The translations under genes were made by a program, and so were the position numbers. Positions 8,509 to 17,299 of a stretch of DNA of 64,000 bases are shown in pieces. The DNA is from an uncultured bacterium (GTDB lineage Bacteria; Patescibacteriota; Minisyncoccia; UBA6257; 2-01-FULL-56-20): contig OY970175.1 of the NCBI GenBank assembly GCA_963707865.1, positions 630,028-694,027 of the forward strand. The letters are read 5' to 3'. The notes under the pieces were generated by a model, which was given only the letters and a program-made list of their open reading frames with translations, searched no databases and was not told where the DNA came from. Within the stretch, counting starts at the first letter, position 1. Each line of letters starts with the position of its first letter.

Positions 8509-10761
8509 ATGGACCTCATCATTGTGGAATCGCCGACGAAAGCAAAAACCATCGGAAAGTTTGTGGGCAAGAACTTTACTGTGGAATCGTCCTACGGGCA
8601 CATCCGCGACCTCCCTAAAAGCAAAATGGGAATTGATACGGAACACGATTTTGAGCCGCAGTATGTGATCCCCGTGAAGGCAAAACCCGTGGTAGCCAAT
8701 CTGAAAAAACTGGCCGCGAAAGCTACGAAGGTGATCCTCGCGACTGACGAAGACCGCGAAGGCGAAGCAATTGCGTGGCACCTGGTCGCGGCACTCGGCC
8801 TTCAAAGAAAAAAAGGCGGGGTGGAACGGATCGCATTCCACGAAATCACCGCATCCGCGATCAAAGAAGCGCTCCTCACGCCGCGCAGTCTTGATGTGAA
8901 CCTGGTAGATGCCCAGCAAGCGCGGCGCGTGCTTGACCGGCTCGTGGGCTACGGCCTTTCGCCGTTTCTATGGCGGAAGGTACGGTACGGACTCTCCGCG
9001 GGACGCGTGCAATCAGTCACCGTGCGGCTCGTTGTTGAACGCGAGCGCGAAATCCAGGCATTCAAAAAAGAAGAGTACTGGTCCATTGAGGCGATGTTCC
9101 AATCGCCCGAAGCCAAAACCACATTCCCCGCCTTCCTGCAATCCATTGCCGGAAAGGCAATCGGGAAAATGGGCATCAAAAACGAGAAGGACGCGAAGCG
9201 CATCATAAAAAATCTTGACGGCGCACATTACAGCGTCAAAGAGGTCATCACAAAAGAAGTCCGGCGATATCCCGCACCGCCGTTCGTGACCTCCACGCTC
9301 CAGCAGGAAGCGGCGCGCAAGCTGGGATTCTCGGCGAAGCAAACGATGGCCATCGCGCAGAAGCTCTACGAGAACGGGCACATTACGTACATGAGGACGG
9401 ACAGCGTGCACCTCGCGGAGGCAGCGCTCGTCGCCGCGCAGCAAGCGATCGGGAAAGAATTCGGGAAGGAATATCAGCTCGCGGAACCGCGACGATACGC
9501 CACGCGGACGAAAGGAGCGCAGGAAGCGCACGAAGCCATCCGTCCCACGAATCTCAACGCCGCCTCCGGGCACGCGCTCGGCATCAAAGAGCATAACAGT
9601 GAGCGACTCTACGACCTTGTCTGGAAACGCACCGTCGCATCACAAATGAAAGAAGCGCTCCTTGAACAAACCTCGGTGGACATTGAAGCGGATACTGCGC
9701 ACAAAGAAATCTTCCGCGCGAACGGGCAGGTTGTGAAGTTCGACGGATTTATCCGCGCCTACACCGAAGGCCGCGACGAAGGCGCGAACGGCGAGGGCGC
9801 GGCCGCGACGGAAATAGAAGGGCAGCTGCCGAAACTCACGGAAGGCATGGCACTCGCACTCCAGAAGATAACGCCCGTCCAGCATTTTACCGAACCGCCG
9901 CCCCGTTACACCGACGCCACGCTCGTGAAAGCCCTTGAAGCCGAAGGGGTGGGCCGTCCGTCCACGTACGCGCCGACCCTCACGACCATTCAGGACCGCG
10001 GCTATGTGGAAAAAATGGAGAAAAAATATCATCCGACGGAGATCGGCACCGTTGTGAACGATCTCCTCGTAGAAAATTTTCCGGAGATCGTAGACATCAA
10101 ATTCACTTCACATATAGAAGAAGAATTGGACGATATCGCCGAAGGGAAAATGAAATGGACCGAGGTCTGTCGCGAATTCTACGGCCCGTTTAAAAAAGAA
10201 TTGGATGAAAAGGAAGCGTCCGTCACAAAGCAGATGGAAATTTCGGACACTCCCTGCCCGCACTGCGGAAAACCGATGGTGATCAAGTTCGGCCGCATGG
10301 GGAAATTCCTGGCATGCCCCGATCCCACGGTGAAGGTGACGCTCCCGATGCCCGAGGAGGCGGCGAAGATCCGCGAGCTTGAGGAAAAAACGGAAGACGA
10401 ACGCTGCCCCCTCTGCGGCAAACCAATGAAAGTGCGCCGCGGACGCTTCGGCTTTTTCCTCGGCTGCACGGACTATCCGAACTGTAAAGGTATGTCAAAG
10501 ATCTGGAACAAAACCGGCTTCGCGTGTCCCGCGTGTCGCGACTCCGCCGACCGCTGGGAAAAGCCCGGCGACATCGTGGAGAAAAAATCCCGCGGCCGCG
10601 GACGGCCGTTCTACGCCTGCACGCGCTATCCCGCCTGCACGTTCATCATGAACAAAAAACCGGAGTCGGAGGCCGACCTTGAGGAAGCGCTAAGACATTG
10701 GCGAGAAAACCCGCCGAAGAAACGGGAGCCACGAGGAAAAACAAAAGAAAGGGAGGGATAA
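8509..10761 (+). CDS. topA: DNA topoisomerase I.
   Basis: Toprim N-terminus (IVESPTKAKTI…GHIRDLP), a catalytic Tyr region and C-terminal Zn-ribbon repeats (CPHCGKPM, CPLCGKPM). Confidence 0.95.
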   Translation: MDLIIVESPTKAKTIGKFVGKNFTVESSYGHIRDLPKSKMGIDTEHDFEPQYVIPVKAKPVVANLKKLAAKATKVILATDEDREGEAIAWHLVAALGLQRKKGGVERIAFHEITASAIKEALLTPRSLDVNLVDAQQARRVLDRLVGYGLSPFLWRKVRYGLSAGRVQSVTVRLVVEREREIQAFKKEEYWSIEAMFQSPEAKTTFPAFLQSIAGKAIGKMGIKNEKDAKRIIKNLDGAHYSVKEVITKEVRRYPAPPFVTSTLQQEAARKLGFSAKQTMAIAQKLYENGHITYMRTDSVHLAEAALVAAQQAIGKEFGKEYQLAEPRRYATRTKGAQEAHEAIRPTNLNAASGHALGIKEHNSERLYDLVWKRTVASQMKEALLEQTSVDIEADTAHKEIFRANGQVVKFDGFIRAYTEGRDEGANGEGAAATEIEGQLPKLTEGMALALQKITPVQHFTEPPPRYTDATLVKALEAEGVGRPSTYAPTLTTIQDRGYVEKMEKKYHPTEIGTVVNDLLVENFPEIVDIKFTSHIEEELDDIAEGKMKWTEVCREFYGPFKKELDEKEASVTKQMEISDTPCPHCGKPMVIKFGRMGKFLACPDPTVKVTLPMPEEAAKIRELEEKTEDERCPLCGKPMKVRRGRFGFFLGCTDYPNCKGMSKIWNKTGFACPACRDSADRWEKPGDIVEKKSRGRGRPFYACTRYPACTFIMNKKPESEADLEEALRHWRENPPKKREPRGKTKEREG

Positions 10762-10769
10762 GAATTTTG

Positions 10770-10802
10770 CACCCCACTCCGCGCAAGCGCAGAAGTGGGG
10801 TG
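10770..10802 (+). terminator. Putative terminator hairpin after topA.
   Basis: caccccactccgcgcaagcgcagaagtggggtg is an inverted repeat. Confidence 0.35.
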
Positions 10803-11140
10803 TCGTTCCTAATGGTGAAGGCCATCGTATGACCCATAAACGGCCTCGTGGGTTCTTACATACTTCTGCCAAGCTTGCGGGCCCGCATGCAAAATTGCAT
10901 CGCTGACCCTGTGCCTTAGCTTTGACCGACGCCGTTCAATGCGTTGCCGGTGCATCTCACCGACATCGTCCGTTCGACTATTTTTCTTCCCCTTATTCTG
11001 TCCCAAGAGATCCTCCCTCAAAGAAGACGTTAGAACAGCCGAATATTGCCTAATTAGAAAGGTAATAGATTCTAATAATCTCGTCAACCAAAAAACTGTG
11101 AAAAACTTATGAATAGACATACAATAAAAAAACAACGGTT

Positions 11141-12844
11141 ATGTCCACTTCCATAAAACAACTTATCAAGCAAAACCCACAGAGCATCCCCGCGCGGGCT
11201 TTCTCCTTCGCTGAAGCCGTACATCGCGGGCAAAAAAGGAAAAGCGGAGAACCGTATTTCGCGCACTCCCTTGCCACCGCGGAAACGCTGAATGCGTGGC
11301 ATCTGGATGAGGCGACCATCGCGGCGGGACTTCTCCATGACACCGTGGAAGATACGAATATATCGATCGAGACCATCAAAGAAAAATTTGGCGAAGAGAT
11401 GGCGTTCCTTGTGGACGGCGTGACAAAGCTCGGCCGCATCAAATACCGCGGTGCGGAGAACCGGGCGGAAAATCTTCGCAAGATGATCCTTGCGCTTTCG
11501 CAGGATCTGCGCGTCGTCTTCATCAAGCTCGCCGACCGCCTCCATAACATGCAAACGCTCGCGGCCCTCCCGCCGGCGAAGCAAAAACGGATCGCGATGG
11601 AGACGGACGAAATCTACGCGCCGCTCGCCTACCGCCTCGGCATGCACAATCTCTCCGGCGAACTGGAAGATCTCGCATTCCCCTATCTCCATCCTGCCGA
11701 CTACCGATGGCTGCTCTCTACGGCAAAAGAACAATACAAAGAACGGCTCGCGTATCTCGAAAAGATAAAGCCGCAGGTGCGCAAGCTCCTTGAGGAACAC
11801 AATATCAAGCCACTGGATATTGAAATTCGCGCCAAACGTTACGCCAGTTTGTATAAAAAACTTCTGCGCCGCGACATGAACATGGGGAAGATCTACGACC
11901 TCGTCGCGATGCGCGTGATCGTAGCCACCGTCCCCGAATGCTACGCGGCACTCGGCGTTATCCACGAAGCGTGGCCACCGGTTCCCCACCGCATCAAGGA
12001 TTACATCGCCTTGCCGAAACCGAACGGTTACCGCAGCTTACACACCACAGTGATCGGTCCAGGTGATAAAACAATTGAATTCCAGATACGGACGAGGGAA
12101 ATGCACGACGAAAACGAATATGGTATCGCCGCGCACTGGCTCTACGATCAGAAACGCCGCGGCGAAAAAGTTTCCGGGAAACAGCTTGCGGAAGACCTCT
12201 CCTGGGTGCAGCAACTCCGCACATGGCAAGAGAAGTTCTTCGGTGGAGGAGAAAAACCGGAAGAGTTTTTGGACGCGATGAAAATTGATTTCTTCCGCGG
12301 GCGCATCTTCGCCGTCACGCCGCGCGGCGACGTCATTGACCTGCCGCAAGGCGCCACGCCCGTGGATTTCGCATACCATATCCACTCCGCCGTCGGGAAC
12401 ACTGCCGCGGGCGCGCGGGTGAACGGCACGCTCGTGCCGCTTGACCACAAGCTGAAATCGGGAGACGTGGTCTACATTATCACCCAGAAAGGGAAAAAAC
12501 CGTCGGATGATTGGCTCCGCTTCGTCGCGACCGGCATCGCCCGCGATCACATTCGCGCGGCGCTCCGCGGGAAAAACAGGTTCGTGCGCATGGCGAAAGC
12601 GCCCACGCGCGCAGAATTGAAGCTCACGGTGGAACCCCGCATCGGCCTCATCAGAAATATTTCAGAGGTAATCGCACGCCAGCACCTCGCCATCGTGAAC
12701 TTTTACACCGAAAACCCGCGAGGGGGCCGCTACCAGTTCTATCGAATTGAAATCAAAACCGCTGATAAAGACAAAATTGATAAGCTGATCGTCAAGCTGA
12801 AAGCAATAAAAGAAGTGAAAGAGGAAAGTTATAAATTGAATTAG
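11141..12844 (+). CDS. rel: Bifunctional (p)ppGpp synthetase/hydrolase (RelA/SpoT family, short form).
   Basis: HD hydrolase domain (HDTVEDT), synthetase domain (RVIV…DYIA.PKPNGYRSLHTTV) and a TGS domain. Confidence 0.9.
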   Translation: MSTSIKQLIKQNPQSIPARAFSFAEAVHRGQKRKSGEPYFAHSLATAETLNAWHLDEATIAAGLLHDTVEDTNISIETIKEKFGEEMAFLVDGVTKLGRIKYRGAENRAENLRKMILALSQDLRVVFIKLADRLHNMQTLAALPPAKQKRIAMETDEIYAPLAYRLGMHNLSGELEDLAFPYLHPADYRWLLSTAKEQYKERLAYLEKIKPQVRKLLEEHNIKPLDIEIRAKRYASLYKKLLRRDMNMGKIYDLVAMRVIVATVPECYAALGVIHEAWPPVPHRIKDYIALPKPNGYRSLHTTVIGPGDKTIEFQIRTREMHDENEYGIAAHWLYDQKRRGEKVSGKQLAEDLSWVQQLRTWQEKFFGGGEKPEEFLDAMKIDFFRGRIFAVTPRGDVIDLPQGATPVDFAYHIHSAVGNTAAGARVNGTLVPLDHKLKSGDVVYIITQKGKKPSDDWLRFVATGIARDHIRAALRGKNRFVRMAKAPTRAELKLTVEPRIGLIRNISEVIARQHLAIVNFYTENPRGGRYQFYRIEIKTADKDKIDKLIVKLKAIKEVKEESYKLN

Positions 12845-12846
12845 TT

Positions 12847-13965
12847 CTAGCTCTCTTTCCCGAGCCGCCGCAGAATATTTTCCAATTCTTCTTCCGAATA
12901 AAAGGTGATGGTGATCTTCCCGGTATTCGCGCCCTTGTGAATCGTGACGGGTGCGCCGAGATCCGTAGAAAGTGACTCCTGCATCGCCTTGAGCTCCGGC
13001 GGGAGGGGCGCCTCTTCGCCTTTCGGCGGGCGGCCACGGCGCGGCCCCGTGCGTCCGCCGAGCTCACCCACGCGCTCTCTTATGTCGCGCGTTGTGAGCC
13101 CATGCTGCACGATATCCTCAAAGAGACGCTGTTGCGCGCCCGGATCTTCAATGGCTAAAAGCAGTCGCGCGCCGCTCTCGGAAATCTCCCCTTTTTCCAC
13201 CGCCATCCGGATGTATTCGGGAAGATCCAAAAGCCGCACGGCATTCGCAACCGCCTCCCGCGACTTGCCGAGCTTTGCCGCAATTTCGCGCTGGGTCATG
13301 CGAAATTCCTCCTGTAATCGCTGGAATGCGCGGGCGGTCTCTATCGGATTCAAGTCCTCACGCTGGATGTTTTCCAAAACCGCGAGCTCCAATTTCTCAC
13401 GCTCAAGGTCCACGTTCCGCACGATGGCAGGCACCGTTGCGAGCCCAAGCATCTTTGCCGCGAGGAGCCGCCGTTCGCCTGCGATCAATTGATAGCTAAT
13501 GCCCACGCCCCCGGGCATCTCTTTCTCAACGCGCGAAACGACAAGCGGCTGGAGAAATCCAAACTCGCGGATGGAATGCGCGAGGTCACGAAGTCCCGCT
13601 TCGTCAAAATTCCTGCGCGGCTGGTTCGGATTCGGCGTTATTCTATCCACTTCAATATGAAAGACCGAGTCTATTTTCTGTGGTTCCTCTTGGAACGCTT
13701 TTGCTGCAACTGCTGCCGGAGCGACCATTGGTTGCGGTTGGGGTTTAAATTGGGGTTGGGGTTGCGAAATCGGCGCGGCTGCTGCCACTATTTCAGCTGG
13801 CGGTGCCGCTTGCGGTTCTTCCCGCATCTCGCCGGCACGCGCGGGCTCCGACGTGAGCGGTTGTGAAATCGGCAACTGCGACGAGGGATCGTTCTGTCCG
13901 CCCCCGCCATTGCCATTTCCATTCCCCTTCTGCGGTATCAATGATTCAAGTCCTTTTCCAAGCAT
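12847..13965 (-). CDS. parB: Chromosome partitioning protein ParB/Spo0J, with a low-complexity N-terminal extension.
   Basis: ParB box (GERRLLAA…LATVPAIV) and an HTH region. The N-terminus is a GNGNG/PQPQ-rich extension. Confidence 0.85.
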   Translation of the reverse strand: MLGKGLESLIPQKGNGNGNGGGGQNDPSSQLPISQPLTSEPARAGEMREEPQAAPPAEIVAAAAPISQPQPQFKPQPQPMVAPAAVAAKAFQEEPQKIDSVFHIEVDRITPNPNQPRRNFDEAGLRDLAHSIREFGFLQPLVVSRVEKEMPGGVGISYQLIAGERRLLAAKMLGLATVPAIVRNVDLEREKLELAVLENIQREDLNPIETARAFQRLQEEFRMTQREIAAKLGKSREAVANAVRLLDLPEYIRMAVEKGEISESGARLLLAIEDPGAQQRLFEDIVQHGLTTRDIRERVGELGGRTGPRRGRPPKGEEAPLPPELKAMQESLSTDLGAPVTIHKGANTGKITITFYSEEELENILRRLGKES

Positions 13966-13974
13966 GGTCGCGTA

Positions 13975-14793
13975 TCAAATATTGAAATTCCCAAAATTTT
14001 CGCTCGCGACGACCTCTCGCGGCAGGTTGTAGTCCCTTTCCTGCATGATAATCTCATCCGCGAGCCGCCTATACGCCACAGCGCCCGGTGAGTCGGGCCG
14101 ATACAAAATAATCGGCTTTGAAAAACTCGGCGCCTCCGCGAGCGCGACCGCGCGCGGGATCTCCACAGCAAACACGTGATACGGAAAATGCCGCCGGAGG
14201 TTTTTTGAAACCTCACGGCTCAAATGTTCACGCTTGTCGTACATCGTGACGAGCGCGCCCGCGACGCGGAGCGGATGTTTCAAATTATTCTTGATGAGCT
14301 CCACGGTCTCCAATAGCTGTCCAATACCTTCCAAGCTGTAATATTCCGTCTGCACCGGGATCAAAATTTCGTCTGCAGCGATCAAACCGTTCACCGTGAG
14401 CAAACTCAAGCTCGGCGGGAGATCGATCAAAACGTAATCGTAATTATGGCGCAGGCGGTTCACAAACTTCCGCAAAAAATATTCTCGCTCGGAAACATCC
14501 ACGAGCTCTACGAGCGCTCCCGCAAGATGCGGCGCCGCAGGAACAAAATGATAGTTAAAAATAATGGTCGGCTTCACAATCTGCTCGTACGGCACGATTC
14601 CCAAAATGCCGTGATAGACGCTCAGCTCCTCTTTTATATTGTGGCCCAATGCCGAACTCGCGTTCGCCTGCGGGTCAAAGTCAACCAGGAGTACCCGCCG
14701 CCCCGCGGCCGCAAGATACGCGCCCAAATTAACCGCGGTCGTGGTCTTCCCCACGCCTCCCTTCTGATTGCAAATCGCGATTACGCGCGCCAT
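13975..14793 (-). CDS. parA: Chromosome partitioning ATPase ParA/Soj.
   Basis: Deviant Walker A motif KGGVGKTT; ParA family. Confidence 0.9.
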   Translation of the reverse strand: MARVIAICNQKGGVGKTTTAVNLGAYLAAAGRRVLLVDFDPQANASSALGHNIKEELSVYHGILGIVPYEQIVKPTIIFNYHFVPAAPHLAGALVELVDVSEREYFLRKFVNRLRHNYDYVLIDLPPSLSLLTVNGLIAADEILIPVQTEYYSLEGIGQLLETVELIKNNLKHPLRVAGALVTMYDKREHLSREVSKNLRRHFPYHVFAVEIPRAVALAEAPSFSKPIILYRPDSPGAVAYRRLADEIIMQERDYNLPREVVASENFGNFNI

Positions 14794-14860
14794 ATAACCT
14801 TGATTTTAGCGTGTAAAATAACTATTATCAATTGGCGCAGATCATAGCGAGCCCGGGTGG

Positions 14861-14946
14861 CGGAATGGCAGACGCAATCGCCTCAAGAGCGATCGGCCGC
14901 AAGGCCATGCGAGTTCGACTCTCGCCTCGGGCACCAAGATATTACG
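14861..14946 (+). tRNA. tRNA-Leu (anticodon CAA).
   Basis: Manual fold: anticodon loop CTCAAGA, a long variable arm, and an encoded CCA. Confidence 0.8.
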
Positions 14947-14990
14947 AACCGCAAGAACAAACTCGAGAGACAAAATCGGAAAGACTGCCA

Positions 14991-15857
14991 TTAATGGCGC
15001 TCCTCTTCCTCCGTTCCCACGGATTCCGCCTTGCTCTTTTTACCGTAAAATCCTTTCTCTTCGGGCGGCAACATCCGCGCGATATCCGCGCCGATCATAT
15101 CCGCAACCTTATGCAGTTCGTATACCGTCTCGCTAAATTTTCTTTTTTCGTCCGAGGTGACCATTTCTCCGCACTTCCTTTTCCGCATGATACTTTCTAC
15201 AAAACCCGCGTCAACGCGCGGAACTTCCAGCGGGACCCCTATCCTGACTGTTGCGGATAATTTATCCTTAAAAGCTTTCAAGATTTCTCCAGCGCCTTCC
15301 ATACTTGCTCCAGACCCTTCCAATACAATAGCGACGGGGATTACAAGCGCATTGAGTTTTTCTGCCAAATACGCAGAGCCGACATTCGCACGCGACATTT
15401 CGCGATCCTTTTTTAGATTATGCGCTGTAATCCACGGCACCTTATTTTCACTTTCGGTCACCTTTTGAATAGTTGTGAAATCGTCGGGGTTGAACATAGC
15501 GCCTTCATTGCGACGGCGGTAGGAAATCGGAGAAAATGATTCCTTGCCTACGGCAGACATCATAAAATTCCTTACATCAGTAATATCGAAATGCGTGGAC
15601 ATAGCCGCCAGTTGCAGGTTCATGCCGTCGCCGAACGTATCAATGATGAGCGGGCCATCGAGATTGGAGAAATGAGAACTGACGATTACCACGCGCCGGT
15701 CCGGCGGAATTTCGGTGAGATGTTCTCTGCCTTCTACTTTCTTTTCTTTAATAAAACTCTGAAGAAGTTTTTCGGCTGTTTTTTTAAGGCGTGCTGGCGT
15801 TTCGCCCGCATGGAGATTCAACTGCTCGACTTGGGGGGATGGTCCTTCAAGAGACAT
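14991..15857 (-). CDS. Lysophospholipid / 1-acyl-sn-glycerol-3-phosphate acyltransferase family protein.
   Basis: HX4D acyltransferase motif (SSHFSNLDG). Confidence 0.55.
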   Translation of the reverse strand: MSLEGPSPQVEQLNLHAGETPARLKKTAEKLLQSFIKEKKVEGREHLTEIPPDRRVVIVSSHFSNLDGPLIIDTFGDGMNLQLAAMSTHFDITDVRNFMMSAVGKESFSPISYRRRNEGAMFNPDDFTTIQKVTESENKVPWITAHNLKKDREMSRANVGSAYLAEKLNALVIPVAIVLEGSGASMEGAGEILKAFKDKLSATVRIGVPLEVPRVDAGFVESIMRKRKCGEMVTSDEKRKFSETVYELHKVADMIGADIARMLPPEEKGFYGKKSKAESVGTEEEERH

Positions 15858-15891
15858 TTAATCAAACTATAACAAACTTTGTGAGAAACAA

Positions 15892-16309
15892 TGTGGCTCT
15901 GTACCAGTCCGCTCGACTGTATTTTGAGAGTCTACCATAGCCGTTTTACCCCTACATTCCGAAGCTGTTTACCCCTTCAATTACCCCTTCAATTGGGTAT
16001 GCTCAATTTGAAGGGGTAGCGGGCGCGGATTGCCCCGTGTTGCTTGGTCTTTTTGACCAACCGACCCGAAAATCCAAAGTCCTACTTCACTCCGGTTTGC
16101 CTAGTCAATCACCCCGTCAATCACAGTTGACTACCCTGACGGCCATCTGGCCGTTGCAGAGCTTAGCTTTTCTTGAAAACCCCGACCCCCGACAATACCC
16201 CCGATTGGGTATGTTCAGCCCCCTCCGACACTCGCGCTACATTGGCCACAATGTTGCTCGTGTCTTCGGGGGCTTCACCTCGTCCGGTGGTGCCAAAATT
16301 TCTCCCCCA
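15892..16309. repeat. Left arm of a perfect 418-bp inverted-repeat pair (IR-A).
   Basis: Reverse complement of 19261..19678 by direct comparison. It contains internal short repeats (taccccttcaatt x2 and their inverse), and only spurious ORFs overlap it. Confidence 0.8.
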
Positions 16310-16440
16310 ACCCCTCCTTTTGGCACGCCGCCGGAGGCGGAAGGTCAGCGGTTTCTTGCCCTTGCCCCAGCCCTCCCATTGCGCGGGCAAGAGGCGACTA
16401 TAGCTCCCCAAAACTTCTTAAAAAGTTGTAGAATTATCTC

Positions 16441-17295
16441 ATGGCACGCAGACGCAGAGACGACGAAGAAGGTTCTATTTGGGGATTCATAGGTGGAGTC
16501 GTTTTGCTCTATCTCCTCTATATCGCCTTTCTCTATAACACCAACCGCGCCGCATACTGGCAACAGGTTTGGTATTTTGCGGCGTTCGTCATTGTCGTTT
16601 GCGCGGCAATCATCGCGTGGCAGATACTCATTCGTCGCTGGCGTGAAAAGCGACTGAACGACCTTCTTACGGCGGCAAAGCAGAACGGTCTAGAGGAATA
16701 CGTCAAGAACTTCATTGACCGTTTCGGTATGCAAAAGGGGAAGAAGACCGATTGGACGTTTCGCGGCCACTACTTCGACTGGCAACGACTAGAAGATTTT
16801 AGGAAGATATTGAACGAGAAAGGGATGCGTCTCTCCGCAGACAAATGGGATGCCACCCTTATCATCCTCAAACACTACATCCAAGAGAAAGAAGAACGTT
16901 TGACCCGCGAAAGCGTGAGCGTCCTGCCTCAAAAATTCTCCACGCTTTCCGGCTCCGATTTTGAGAATCTTTTGTACCGCCTGTTCACGGCCATGGGCTA
17001 CGCCGTCCAGAAAACGGGCAAGACCGGAGACCAAGGGGGTGATTTGGTTGCAAACATGAATGGGCAGAGAATTGTCATCCAAGCCAAGTGCTATTCAAAC
17101 ACAGTCGGCAACGCCGCCGTCCAAGAAGCCGTGGCCGCGCAGAAATTCTACGACTGCAACAAGGTTATGGTCGTTACAAACTCCAGCTTTACCAAGGAAG
17201 CCATCGAGTTGGCTAAGGCGAACAACGTCGAGCTTATCGGCGGTGGGAAATTAAGCGAATTGTTACTCCAAAACCTTAAAGAAAATTGGGGTTAA
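16441..17295 (+). CDS. Membrane-anchored Mrr-like (Mrr_cat) restriction endonuclease domain protein.
   Basis: N-terminal transmembrane helices. The C-terminal domain (FENLLYRLFTAMGYAV…GDQGGDLVA…IVIQAKCY…VTNSSFTKEA) matches the Mrr N-terminal catalytic (PD-(D/E)xK) fold. The gene is lower in GC than its surroundings. Confidence 0.6.
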   Translation: MARRRRDDEEGSIWGFIGGVVLLYLLYIAFLYNTNRAAYWQQVWYFAAFVIVVCAAIIAWQILIRRWREKRLNDLLTAAKQNGLEEYVKNFIDRFGMQKGKKTDWTFRGHYFDWQRLEDFRKILNEKGMRLSADKWDATLIILKHYIQEKEERLTRESVSVLPQKFSTLSGSDFENLLYRLFTAMGYAVQKTGKTGDQGGDLVANMNGQRIVIQAKCYSNTVGNAAVQEAVAAQKFYDCNKVMVVTNSSFTKEAIELAKANNVELIGGGKLSELLLQNLKENWG

Positions 17296-17299
17296 AATA

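Noticed and set aside
10809-11135. A 108-aa ORF in the topA-rel intergenic region.
   Set aside because: No homology, a Cys/Phe/His-rich odd composition, and an orientation opposite to both neighbours. It is more likely non-coding leader or terminator DNA.
16037-16492. A 151-aa ORF (with mirror-image ORFs 16163..16411, 19189..19407 and 19198..19533) lying inside the 418-bp inverted-repeat arms.
   Set aside because: The identical peptides on opposite strands are simply a consequence of the inverted repeat. They show no coding features, overlap each other in both frames, and the arm sequence looks non-coding, with short internal repeats.
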